This document shows, piece after piece, positions 42,672-56,704 of a DNA stretch of 64,000 nt (positions within the stretch are counted from its first letter, which is position 1; every line of letters starts with the position of its first letter). The translations under genes were made by a program, and so were the position numbers. The notes under the pieces are model-generated. The model was not told where the DNA came from and made no database searches. It was given only the letters and a program-made list of their open reading frames with translations. The DNA comes from the human T2T-CHM13v2.0 reference genome, Homo sapiens: NCBI RefSeq assembly GCF_009914755.1, contig NC_060928.1, one strand, 5' to 3'.

Positions 42672-44365
42672 TTAAATGTATTTATTTGTTGAAGGTTTCA
42701 TACTGTTAGATATTTTATTTTTTCTTTTTTCAAAATTGCGTTTGCATGGCCTTTACTTATTTTTCTATTAGGTTCTTCATATTTTTTGTTTCTTACTTAG
42801 TTTTAGGAGATCATTTTGTATTTAGAACATTAGTCATTAACTCTAATATAATCTACAGATACTCTCCCCAGCTTATTGGTTGCCTCTTGACTTTTGTCTG
42901 TGGCTTTTTTTCATGCAGAATTTTAAATTTATTTTGATGTAGTCAATTTTTTAAACGAAGTAAGTCATTAAGAGAGAACATGGGAGGATGCCAGGGATCA
43001 ATAGTGGAAAAATGTTGAATTAATGGATTAGAGAATGGAGAACATGCAAGGATTAATTTCCAGATAAGGGAATACAAGGTGAATGGGCTGATAGATTGAG
43101 ATGGAGGGCAGAGAGTCTAATGATGTCCTACCTAAGTGATCAGAAACATATTGATGATGACAAATTTAGAATACAACCATGGGAGTGGTATCTTGCAGAA
43201 AATGGATGATTACAGATGCCCATGCAGAAGAATGGAGAGAAATGGGTATTAGGAAAATTTCCCATTTGGACATTGATGTGATAGATGTATTACTAAAAAG
43301 GCATGGCAGTAGTGATGGGCATGGCTAAAAGCAACATAAAAATACTTAGTAATTGCTCAATTGCAAAGAGCTGTTGCAAAAGATAAGAATACATGGTTTT
43401 ACTTCATTTTGTTATTTTAATCCTATTTATGGTGTAGCATTATGGATGAAGGACTGGATGGAGAGTCAGAAGACAGAGCTCTTGTGCGAGACTCTTCTCT
43501 AAGCCTCAATGTTCTCATTTGTAATATTAGTTTGTTGGACTAAATGAATTATATAATTACCTCTCGCTATAATATGTTATTACAGTGCCCTGAGAAGCAT
43601 CACTACATAGTGATACTTTTCCTGGTAGACACACGACAGGAACAGGTCTGAAATACTGGCACACTCACCAAACTATCAGTGGAGGTAGACCAGTTTTCCT
43701 GGTTGGCGTGAGGCCATCTTCTAAGCAAGGCCGTCTCTAAGGGAGCCTTTAAAATATTGACAGCCAAGTTGGCAAGAGGCCCAGAATTGAAAAGAGATCA
43801 AAAGCATAGCCTTAAATAAAACCAGCTGGAAATGCAACTATTAAAAAAGAAGCGGGGAGAAAAAAACACATTCTGTAGGCTGGGACCTTATTTTAACATG
43901 TAAAACACAAACACTGGAGGCCGAGATTTAGACCCTTTTGCAGAGCAGTTATAGAAGAGGTTGGGCGAGCATTTTGATTTGTTTAATGAGAACCGGCTGT
44001 TTAAACATGTTTAGTCTCATTAACCATGAGTGGGAAGAGATGGCTTCTCTCTTGTGGTTGACAGAACTGTGGCGGATGCTTTTTTTGCAAAAAGAATTTG
44101 GAGGTAAAACTGGTAAAGCTCCCTCCACATTATCCCATTTAATTTTCATAAGAAGCCTTCAAAGAAGAGGAAATTAAGCTCCAAGAAGTCGAATGTGTTT
44201 TCAAGTAACTGAGGCTCAGGATATTTAAATAACTTGGCCAAATAAATGGCCAAGCTGAAACCCTTAAAATTAGAAATCTGGCAGCAAGAACAAGCACAGT
44301 GTGGAGTCATGGGGTGAAGGAACAGTAGATGGATGGACTGCTAAATGCAAGGCAGTGGATCTAGA

Positions 44366-44561
44366 GCATAGTCTCTGAGCCTCAACACTGCGGACATTTT
44401 GGGCTGTGTAATTCTTTGCCATAGGGGACTGTCCTCTGCACTGCAGGATGCTTAGCAGCATCCCAGACTTGGTCAGTAGCACCCTCCCTCCCAGGAGGAC
44501 AACCAAAACTGTACTCCCAAGTGCCAAACGAGGACAAAATCACCTCTGGATGAGAACTACT
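44366..44561. mobile_element. MER20 (hAT-Charlie)
   Basis: GACATTTTGGGCTGTGTAATTCTTTG...GGACTGTCCTCTGCACTGCAGGATGCTTAGCAGCATCCC...AAAATCACCTCTGGATGAGAACTACT. Confidence 0.9.
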
Positions 44562-45285
44562 AAGCTGGAAAATGAAGCACTCATACACAGAATGTAAGAC
44601 TATCACACTTATTGGAATCAGAGAATGTGATGAAAACTTGATCACATTAAGAAGGCAGATGTTAGGCTACAAAGATAAAGTATCAATGCACAAAAATCTA
44701 CTACCTCAATGTAGCAGGTTAACTTTGGAAAGAGGCTCATGCATGACTCAGGCATGTGAGTTCCTGGTTGCTTCAGATGTGTGTGTCTGTTTGCCCATGT
44801 CTTATAAGGTATGCAGCAATGATCAGGTCATTTAACCCCTTTAATTGACCATTTCTTTATATTAATATATAAAATTACAATAGTAATATGTATCTTTCAA
44901 AGTTGTTGAGAGGTTTAAAAACTAGAAAATAAATAGAAAATCCAGATGACCGAGGGTTTAGTGATGACTTTTTAGATACAACAACAAAGGGATGATCCAT
45001 GAACAAAAGAATTGATAAGTTGAACTTCATTAAAATTAAGAATTTCTGCTCTGCAAAAGACACTGTCAAGAGAATAAAAAGATAAGCCACAGACTGGGAG
45101 AAAATATTTATAAAAGATATATCTAATAAATAATTGCTATTCAAAATATACAAACAACTCCTAAAACACAACAAATAAGAAAATAACCCCATTAAGAGAT
45201 GGGCTAAAGACCTTAACAGAAATCTCACCAAAGAACATATTCAAATGGCAAACAAGCATATGAAAAGATGATCCAAATCATATGT

Positions 45286-45952
<667 letters not shown>

Positions 45953-47089
45953 TATGTTATCTGGGAAATTCACATTACAACTACAATGAGATACCACTAC
46001 ATAATTATAAGAATGACAAAAACCAAAACACTGACACCAACAAATGCTGGCAAGGATGTGGAGCAATGGGAACTCTGATTCCTTGCTGGTGGGAATGGAA
46101 AATGGTAGAGCTGCTTTGGAAGACAGTTTGACAGTTTTTTACAAAACTAAACATACTGTTACCATATAATCTGCAATTGTGTTCTTTGGTATTTACCCAA
46201 AGAAGTTGAAAACTTATTTTCACACAAAATCATGAACATAGATGTTTATGGCAGTTTTAATTATAGTTGTCAAAGCTTGGCAGCAACCAAGATGTCCTTC
46301 AGTAGGTGAATGAATAAACTGTGGTATATTCAGATGATGGAATATTATTCAGCACTAAAAATAAATGAGCTGTCAAGCCATGAGAAGATATGGAGGAAAC
46401 TTAAATGCATATTACTAAGTGAAAGAAGCCAATCTCAAAAAGCTTCATACATTATAATTCTAACTGTATGACATTCTAGAAACAACAAAACTGGAGAAAG
46501 TAAAATGATCAGTAGTTTCTGGGGATTAGTGGAGGGAATGAATAAATAAGCAGAACACAAAGGATTTTCAAGACAGTCAGAAAAACTCTGTATAATACTG
46601 TAAGTCTGGATACACTTCATTATACATCCAAACTTACAAGATGTACAATGCCAAGAGCGAACCCTAATGTAAACTGTGAGCTTTGGATAATGATGTGTCC
46701 ATGCAGGTTCATCAGTTGTAACAAATGTACTACTCTGAAGAGAGATGTTGATAATTGAGGAGGAATGGGAGTATATAGGAACTCTTCATACTTTCCACTC
46801 AATTTTACTGTGCATCTAAAATTGCTCTAAAAAATTAAAGCCTTTAAAAATATATGTATATAAACATGCCAGCACCTAAAAGCCTCTCATGAACTTAGGG
46901 GTTGTGAGGTTGTGAGTGCGAGTGTGTCATGTTTGGTTGTTTATTTAATTACACACCAAGTCATTTAAATATAGAAATCATGTCTTAAGTATCCTTGATT
47001 TTAATTTTTAAATAAATTTTGTTTTGTATCTCAAAGTGTTATTTTACTTTGAGAGTATCTCATAGTTTCATGCTTTACACCTTAGAGAT

Positions 47090-47630
47090 GCTTGTATATA
47101 GTAAAATAATTACTATAGTGGAACAAATTAACATACATATAGCCTCACAGAGTTATTCATTTTCTTTACCCCTGTGGCAAGAGCAGCTATAATATACTCA
47201 TGTAGCAAAAATCCTGAATACAATACATTATTATTAACTATTGTTTTCACATTGTACATTAGATCTTTAGACTTGTTTGTCCTACAGCTCAATAGCAAGA
47301 AAATATATGATCCGATTAAAAAATTGGCAAAGGACCTGAATAGATATTTCTCCAAAGAAGAAAAAAAAATGGCTAACAGGTACATGAAAAGGTGCTCGAC
47401 ATCACTAGACATCAGGGAAATTCAAATCAAAACCACCAGGAGATATACCAGTTAGGATGGATGTTACCAAAAAGACAAGAGATAACAGTGTTAATAAAAG
47501 GTGTCAAGAAAAGGGAACGCTTGTACACTCTTGCTAGAAATGTAGATTGGTGCAATCATTATGTGAAACAGTATGGAAATTCCTAAATAAATTAAAAATG
47601 AAATTACCGTATGACCCAGCAATTCCTCTT
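47090..47630 (-). mobile_element. L1MA9/10-like fragment with strand switch at ~47283
   Basis: Antisense 3'UTR (ATACAATACATTATTATTAACTAT...GTACATTAGATCT) joined to sense ORF2 (AAAATTGGCAAAGGACCTGAATAGATATTTCTCCAAAGAAG). Confidence 0.85.
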
Positions 47631-48054
47631 AAGTCATCCTTATAACTCATCCTCCTATCCTTGTATGTTGTATATATGGATATATAATAATTATTTTTGA
47701 AAAAGAAATAAGTTCTTTTTTACTAGCCTTAGAACAATTCTTTTCCAATTGGAATTTAACATTTTTAAAACTCTTTCATTTTACACATAAAATGCCAGTA
47801 TTTAACAAATAGAAAATGGTTTAAAAACTTTCTTATTTTTGACGTTTTTGTTATATATTGCCACTCTCATGGGAGTGGATCTCTTTGGTGAGGACATAAA
47901 GATAATCGTGATAATTCACAAAATAAGTAGCTGGTGCACACAGTGGGGTTCTATGTTGAATGGAAGTAAAGCCATCCCATTGAAGACATTTAGAAAATGT
48001 TTTTCAAAATCACTGTGGGATGGGTAAGGCAAGGGCTTTCCAGGAAAAGCATCT

Positions 48055-48522
48055 TAGCTGTTAGGGTCCAAAAGCAAAAGATGGCACGTTGATATTTGGA
48101 TCATTCAAGCAGGATTTACTTACAAGCAGACTACTTTCAAGGGAACTGTAGAGGACAGTGCCTAGATAGGAACTTGTAATGGTGATGCTGTTACTGTCTT
48201 AGACACAAAGGAATATGAAGAGGGAGAGCATACTGAAATCTGGAAGGCTAGAGGGAGTCTGTGTGTAGAGCAGTCTGCCTTGGAAGAGGCAGAGACCTAT
48301 TAGGGGGACATGGCTAATCTGAAGTGACCTCACTGGGAGGGATTCAGTGGAAGAAATAATGCTGACCTCTGTCTCCTCCTTCCCTTACATTTCCTACTCA
48401 GGCTCCCTTTTGGCTTACCTCAGAGGCCGAGGAGTATAGGAGACAGTTGTATTACCCAAGAGGCCAGCTTACTAGTTTAAGAGCAGAGGGCGTGGATGGG
48501 CAAATGGAAAGATACCTGCAGA
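48055..48522 (-). mobile_element. LTR41-like ERVL LTR
   Basis: AGGGTCCAAAAGCAAAAGATGGCAC...CTGACCTCTGTCTCCTCCTTCCC...GGGCAAATGGAAAGATAC. Confidence 0.75.
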
Positions 48523-50548
48523 CTGACCAAGTCAAACACTAGGCCCAGAAGATGAGATATTCGAGTAAGTCATGAAGCGGGGTTGAGGCGATTTTGGGCT
48601 ACTATTTGTAGTTTGTCTTTATGGGCCAAGCTGGAGTTCAGTGCTTGTTCTGTCAACTGTAAAATGCCAAGGGTGGACAGCAACCTGGTTTATTCTACTT
48701 CAAATGAAAGAGGCCTGTTCTTGAATTTACAAAAGTCAATGCATTCATAATAGTGGAACTTTAATTTTTGCCCGGTTGGAATGTTTTTTTTCAAATTCTC
48801 AAAATCCTCAAATAACCCTGGGCCATGTGTTTGTACGTCTTGAATATTTGCTGAAAGATTTCATCCATTCATAGAAAAGTCATTGTAAACAAATTCTCAA
48901 CAAATGAAATTTGCATACGTAATTTTTAATGGAGTCACTGCTAAGCTTTTCTGGCGTTGTCAGATACACCAATGGGACATTTGCTCTCCTACGTCTTCTC
49001 CGCCAAGCCCATCCCCCTGTTGTGGGTGGCGGTATCTTTACATCTGGATGGCAGCTCTCTGGCACAGTGCTGCTTTTCCACTGCCCTGTGTCCATGGCAG
49101 GCATACCTAATCAATCATAGCATGCCTATACTGCTCTTAAACACAAAGCTCAGCATGAAACCAAAAATAATTTGTAATCACTGCTTTAAATAGTACTCAC
49201 TATAACAGTGTTTATTGACCTGCTTTCCCCAACTGGGAGAATATGCACAGGTTCAGCTTTCACATTTGAGACGCTAAAAATAAAAACAAAAACAAAACTC
49301 ATTTCTTATTTAACCAACATTTAATGTGCACCCACTATGCGTCAGGCTTTTTGCCCAGGCAGGTAGGATCTAAATGCATAAGCTGTGGTTATTGTGAAAA
49401 TACTCACATTCCAGTGAAATACTCAAGCCAATAATGCCTATGAGTTTAAGGTTTCTTTAACAGAGGTTTGTACCAGAGAGAAGATTCAATTCCATTTGGA
49501 AGCTACGCATGACAAATATGCTGTTTACATCTTTAAAAATACCATAAATATCGTGTGCAAATGGGCACTGTGCTCACTGGGGAATTAATCTTACTCCACT
49601 AAGACTTTATACATTTGACTTTGGAGAAAATTGAGCATAAGTTAACAACATCTGAAGAGGGCAGAAGACATTCCACTTGACCCCATGAAATGACTTTTCT
49701 CTAATTCTGAAATCATAAATGCAGACAATCTGAAAAGGCTTCAAAAGGATTATTTCTTTTTATTTATTTACATGGTCATCATCATGATTATTATTGCTAC
49801 ATTTAATATTTATTGAATGTCAAGCAATCTTGGGCTAAGAATAGCATAGAATACAGGAGAAAGTTAGTGGTTTGACATATAAGATTAGTCTCCAAAATGG
49901 AAACTAAGATTCTTTAGTGATGAGTAGTTTCTTTAAGGGTAAGAATTGGATTGAGGATGAGAATAAACCACACGGATTGATGTAGTTTCTAGGGCGGTCC
50001 ACATTGCGGTAGCTGGATTCGTTTTGGAGGTGTTTTTCATTTCTTCATTAACTATCAGTGTCTTTTAAGCCAATCTCTGTTGAACAAAATGGTTATTATG
50101 TACTTGTACTTTGTTCAGAAACTCAGGCTAGTTTTAAATAAGATAAAGAAAATTATCTATTTTTCAGAGGGAAGATAACAGTATCATAATCAGACAAGGA
50201 AGGTAGGGAATAAAACAGCTATTTTTGAGTGTGCTTTAGTTACCTAAGTTTTAAGTTTCTAAAATGTTAAATAAATAAATAAAAGAAGTGAAAACAAAGG
50301 AAGCCCAGTTCTTACCGAGTTGGTATATGTTAGCTGGTGTGTTTCCATTAACGATGTTTTATCTCTGAGATTGAGACAAATAAAATGAAATGAAGAAAAA
50401 CCGTGTGACAAATTTCAGGAGATGGTTTTTGTTCTGTTTTGCTTTTGTTTGTTTGTCTTTCAAATTCAGATGAATTTGACTTCACAAACCAAAGTGCAAA
50501 ATCACTGCTTGTACCCTTTACCAAAGGTTGAATGGGATTACACAACAG

Positions 50549-51060
50549 GTGGCAGACATCTGCTTGTTGCCCCAGCAGAATGAATTTCTCTTGTTCTCTA
50601 TTTAAAACACCTTTATTTCTACTTGGGTATCCACGGGCTTTAAAGAAGCTGGCTACTCACTTGTGTTTAGGAGAGTCATGTGTCTTTGGTCATGATATTT
50701 AATTGAGGAATGGAGATGTGAGCTAAGCTAGTGCAACTTGAATTAGTTTTGGGACTTTTGCTTAGGAAACCCTTCTGCCTCTGAAGGATGTAGGGTGCCG
50801 ATGTGAGGCCTGAGACAGCCACACACAGTTTCGGTAAGAAGCCAGCCTGAGGATACAACCAGAGTAGAAGTCAGAGTTCAGAGTTTCTAAGAGAAATGAA
50901 GCTGAAATCCTGATAGCATTGTAAACCTCTGAATCAAACTGTGCCTCAAATGCTCAATCCTTGAAGTGTGAAGTCCATTAAATTTTATGTTATTTTTATT
51001 TCTTACCCAATTTAGATACAGTTTTTGTTAGTCATAACCACAATGATCCTAACCAATACA
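50549..51060 (+). mobile_element. Old MLT1J/K-like LTR
   Basis: GTGGCAGACA start; TTTTTGTTAGTCATAACCACAATGATCCTAACCAATACA end. Confidence 0.65.
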
Positions 51061-52439
51061 TGTTTAGAAGTGGTGACTCTATTTATATAGATTTTCCAAT
51101 GTGCCTGACCCTATAGTAATTACTGGGAGTTAGAATTGTAGAGCCTACTGAACCACTCTCCCCTCTTTTCTCCAAAGACTTGAAAACTCCTTCTCATCCT
51201 TTACAGTTCAATTCAAATTCTCCCTTCTGTGTGAGTTAGTCCAGGCTTGCTCTTGAACTTAGAATCATTTTTTCTTTGCTTTCATGTTATTGTAATTATA
51301 ATTCTCCTGCAGCACCTACCACGTTGCCTTCTGGTTGGTCGTTTTCATTTACAGGGTAGTCTTCTCCATAAGGTTACAGTTATCTGAATCCCAAGTGCCT
51401 GAAACAGAGTATATGTTAAAAAAAAAATACGTATCTATTTTATTTATTCCTTTATCCTTCCTATATTGTCAGACATTGTGTCAGAAGCTTGGGATTCAAT
51501 GATGAATGCCGTTGTCTTGGCTTTTGAAGAAGATACAGTCTAGGGATATAACTTTTAATTGCAGATTTCTGTTCATTTAATCGTTATTAGTTTCTGCATA
51601 TACTAGTAATTAAAACACATCTGTAATATATAATTCTTTACTTATGTATAAATTATACAGAAGTGCTACTATGCTAATATTCACATTACAAAACTTAAAG
51701 AAGACATTGGATGAGCTGAAGTGAAGCATAAATCAAGGATCTACTAGCTTGCTGCTGCATCCTAATAGATTTGCCTGGCTTATGCCCCAAATCCCCACAC
51801 CCAATCTAAAGATATTTGGCCAAAGGGCTCAGAGAACAATGAGAGACACACAACTTATGGATTCCAGGAAAGGCCTGCCTCGAATAAGAGGGAGAAGGTA
51901 GAAGATGAGCCCTCACTGCTCTGAGCTGGAGGCTTTGGGAGGTGGTGGGAAGAGCCAGCAGTGAGCTGTTCAGATAGCATCACATCTTGATCTTCATGCT
52001 GTGAGGCTTTGGAGAGGGAAAAGGTTTGAGTTCCCTCCAGAAAGACATCATGTTTCCTTTTCTCCCACAACAATCAGTACAAAGCAGGCTTTCTGTGGGG
52101 ACTAAAGGAGAATGTCCTCCAGTGCTAATGAATCCTGTTGTTTCTGTAGCATTCTGCTTGCATGATTCCTTGCAATACAGATTGCAAAATGTGTCTGAAA
52201 TTCTACATTGCCAAAACAAGGGCCTTCTCTAACTTAGCCTTTAGCTCTGTGTTCAGCACCCATATTAAACCCAAAGGGCTTGACCTTGACGCCAAGAAGT
52301 CTTCATTAGCTCCCTGACTCACAGGGAGCTAATCTGACTCACAATGTCTCCAACCAGGCAGAACTAAGGGGTTCAGTATTTATTTCATTTGCTATACGCC
52401 CGCTGGATATTTTTAAAAGAACAGAACAAATGAACCAGA

Positions 52440-52630
52440 GTGCATTATCTCATGCATTTTTTTCTTCTCACAATAGTCCCATGAGGGATGTATTATCCCA
52501 TTTTACAAATAAGACAACCAAGAACACAAGAATTTAATAACTTCCCTGAAGGTCAAATTAATATGCTGAAGAGCCAGGATTCAAACCAGGAGTTTTCTGG
52601 CCCTGGTTACTTTTATTCTTTCCACTGCTC
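52440..52630 (-). mobile_element. MIR SINE (first of several MIR relics at 52.4-54.2 kb)
   Basis: TATTATCCCATTTTACAAAT...GAGCCAGGATTCAAACCAGG. Confidence 0.75.
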
Positions 52631-54259
52631 TGCACTGCTTTATCTCATTACTGATGGTAGAATTAATTGCTCTAAAAGTATCAGTTTCTATTTTATTTAT
52701 AAGCAGTTACATAGAAGTCATACAGCTTCAGAATTTGAAGGGACTTTAGAAATAGTGTATTCTTCTTTTTGTAGTAATATGTTATTCTTGTTTTTCATAT
52801 GGATGTATATTTCACCAGGAAGGGGAACTGACTTACTTAGGGCTGGAGCTGGAATTACAATCTGAGTCTTTCATTCAGAGCTAATCCATGTTTCTTCCAT
52901 CCCATCTTATATGCCTCATCTGATTCTTTATGAATTAGAAAAGCAGGGTTTTACAATTGTAATTATTTTAACATTTTATGACATCTAAGAATGTAACTGA
53001 TACTTTCAAATATATTATCTCTTTTCATTCTTATCATTGCCCTGTAAGTATTATTATTCTCCCCAGTTTACAATGAGACCACAGATAGAATCAGTATGCG
53101 ACTGGAGAGCCGGGACTTTAAAACCACAGGACCTCATTGACTCCCCTAGGATAATCTGTTCCCATCTAAGTGCAGTTAACATTAGTTTTTAACTTTATAT
53201 TTTATGTGGAAATGTATAATTTCCCGAATTATTTTAGTTTCATAAAATATTGTCATCAATTCATGTTTGAGGAAGACAGGGAGACACAGAGTCAAATCGA
53301 CTTGCCCCAGACCATATTGAGAGTGACTCTTGAGTCTGTCTTTGAATTTAATTAGGAGAACAAAAGTAGCCTGAGTTATCTGTTGATAAGACATTTTGCT
53401 TAATTTTTACATTTAAACAGCCATTTGTATTAAACAGATGGAAAATAAAAACATAATAAAATGTAAAAGTATCACTAAACTATAACAAAGATGAAGACAT
53501 AGCCTAATTAAAAGAGGCATGGCTTAACTCACAGAGTTGATCAGAGACATCTTTCCTGTAACATTGATGTTCATAGTAACAATAGACACATTTAGGGGGC
53601 CGAAGCCTGCTTTATATGCTCTATCTTTAAATGCTCATAAACTTCTCTAAAGTAGGTTGATATGTTGATTACCATTATTCTAATATTATATAAGAAAAAG
53701 TCAAGCTGGGCTGGGACTCCATAGAATTTGTTTGAGCTTGGGTCTAGGCTCTCCAAGTGCAGCCCAAGCACTAAGGTTCTTCTTGCCTGGTTTATGTCTT
53801 TGGTGGAGCATGTTTATGGAGGGTTCACTCACCACAGGAAAAAAAGGAAGCACTTTCCTTGAAGCACATCCTCATGTCCTCATCTTCTATAAAAGATTTC
53901 TTTGGCAATTTAAGACTCAAAAACCAATAGAACCAAAAGCCCTTTTGTGTGATATCCTTGTCAAAGAATCTGCAAGATAATGACCATATCCTTTATGTTA
54001 TTTTTTTGCCAATCAAAATGGAAATGGAAATAACTTTTATTGAGTATTAAGGCCAGGCATAACCCTAGATATTTGATAGAAGGCACTTAATTTGTTCTGT
54101 AATTGTGATGCAAACTGAGATCCAGAGAGTGATAGTGTCACATGAAGAAAACAACAAAGAACCAAAGAAAATTCCAGAATTAAAACTGCATCTATCTGAC
54201 CCCAAGCCTGCACGTCTCTCTGCACAGCACTGCCTGGCCCTACTTTAATAGAGTCAGTT

Positions 54260-54630
54260 TCATTTCAGTTAATTTCACCAAATATTGAGCACCTATTATA
54301 TTACCAGAGGAGTGCTGTGGGAACACAAATATGAGAAAGGACCAGGCTGAGTTGGTCACCAGAGAACTTGTGGTCAATAGGAGGATTATATGTTTCAAGG
54401 TCAAGTATGACAAGTACTGTAAGAGCCATCTCAAAAAAAATCTTCTGAGTAAAAATGAGTAAAGAAATATCACATAATTTGTGGGAGAGTGTAACATGGG
54501 ATGAGTTAGGAAAGGCTTTGTAGAATAGGTAGCCATTGAATTGAATCAAGAAATAGGATAGAGCTAGAAAACAGTTTTAACAAACACAAAGACATGTGAA
54601 AAGAAGAAGAGACATTTTGGGCCCTGTAAG
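54260..54630 (-). mobile_element. L2 3' region
   Basis: TTCACCAAATATTGAGCACCTATTATATTACCAG...TTAGGAAAGGCTTTGTAGAATAGGT. Confidence 0.65.
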
Positions 54631-56314
54631 TACTAAGACCAGCAGCAATTTTCACAGTGGTAATGCAACCATTTACTCAACAATGCTGGATTGACTTGGT
54701 TACAATCAGAGAGCGTCTTTAGTCTATTATTTCTCTTTATTAAGCCCACTCTATGTACGGGCTGCTGGTGTATCCAGGACACCCAGTGCATGGCACCTCT
54801 CTTCCCTGTCTGAATTTTGAACAATTGGAGAGACAAGACAGAGAAGAAACATTTGGAGATCAAATCTAGCCTTCATGTTGCAGAAAAGCTAATTGTAGAA
54901 ATTAGCCGAATGTGAGAGCAAAGTGCATGTGGGAAGTGAACTCCCAATTTATTCAGACTTCCCCAACTGTCACAGGTACGCTGGCCCAAGGCGAGCATCC
55001 GTAGAATGGGGGGGTGCTGCCCAGGTAAGACTCATTGCCTGAAGAGGTGGACGACATCCTTAAAGAGCTTGCTCCCAAGAGGAAAGTGGGAGGAACTAAT
55101 CTATGAATTCCCAGTTTATTCTTGCAAAGTTACTGTTGAGACAGGTCACTCTACCTTCTCTGCAAATAGCGTCTAAACATGCCAGGAGTTTGAAATTCAT
55201 TGACTCCCTAAACATGTGAGGTGGAGAGTTTGGGATGGGAAGGGTTTCTCTTTTCTAGATTTATGACTCCTGACCACTTGACCAAGTCTCAGCCAGTATC
55301 AAACATGCTGGGGTTCTGTTAAGTCAAAGTGCAGACTCTTCTAAATAATGTAAATGTCAAGACTGGTGCAGTCATCAAAACTCAAGCGTTATTCAAAGTT
55401 AAAACTCCTTCCCTGTCCTGAATCAAGCTGACTTCAGGCTTGGAAGTGTGGGTGGTGCAAGGGCAGGGAGCATCTCCATTTCTCCACCCTTCTCTTCTGC
55501 TCCCCTTGCTTCCTGGCCTAGTTGTCTGAGCTCCGCTGTTGAGTAGAGGAGGAAAGTGCTAGCATAAAATGGCTCCCATGGCAGGTGACTGTGTGATTGG
55601 GTGTGAGTTCATGCTTTTTATGGAACAGACACCTTCTGCCTATCTCTCAAGGGGTCCCTGTTGAGGACATATTTCAGATACTTATTTTGAGTCTTTCAAA
55701 CTCTATCCACAGTTCCCTTAAACCGAGTGATGCCACACCTCTAGCTGGCTCTTCCAAGCTCTCCTCCTGCTCCTTAGGCTTCTGATAACCTGAGTCACAT
55801 ACAGTCCAGGCTGTTTTCAAACTTTGGGGGTCACATATGGCCTCCTAGGAAACACTGCTTGCCCCCTGGACGGGACTCCATCTCCTTCCTCTGCTTGGGT
55901 ATCTGAGGTACAAAGCACTGATCTCTGTTCTCCCAACCATTGTCTTCCCCAGGCAAAGGTCATGTGTGACTCAGTCCCATTATGCACAAGCCCAGCAATC
56001 TAATGGTTCCACTAAAGTCGCTTTCACTTGGATTGAGGTAGGGAGTAAGTATCTCTCTCTTCCTGTAGGTCTGGTGAGCTCGTCATGGGAGGATAGACAC
56101 CATGCAGACACTTCCTTAAATGGAAACCTTTTTCACATGCCCTTTTAACTCAAACCATTTATTCATTTGAAGTGGGTGATGGACAATCTCCATTGTACAA
56201 TTCTGTAGCAAATAAGGTCTAGCTCTTGTTTTGGATGTGGCTGATTGGCATCTGTTGTTGTGGTCTTTGAGAATTCTGCTGATGGAGAGACAGAAGGAGT
56301 CACATTTTATCAGC

Positions 56315-56525
56315 CTCTGATGCTAACACTTATTGAGGGCTTACTATATACCAAACACTGTGTTTGATTGTTTCATTTAATCTTCAGAACAACCTGTCAG
56401 GCAGGCATTATTTTGCTGATGAGGAAATTGAGATACAATAATTCAAGTTAACATAGCTATAAGCATTGGAGACGGACATAAATCCAAGCAGTCTGATGAA
56501 TCCCAAATGGTTAATTACTGCATTG
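56315..56525 (-). mobile_element. MIR SINE
   Basis: ACACTTATTGAGGGCTTACTAT...GATGAGGAAATTGAGA. Confidence 0.8.
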
Positions 56526-56704
56526 AACTACTTTCCCCACAATGCAGCAGGGTTGGGAATCAAGCCAGGGTTGACTTCTTAGAAAGAAACCATGCTCACA
56601 TCTCAACAGGCTGAGAACAGTGGTTGCTTTAGACAGAGTACATAGGAATTGGGGGAAGAAAGGTGAAGAGGAAATAGGTGGTCACCCTTAGAAACCAATG
56701 GATG

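Noticed and set aside
55170-55312. Three AAACATG motifs as a p53 response element
   Set aside because: Only imperfect isolated half-sites; no paired RRRCWWGYYY decamers
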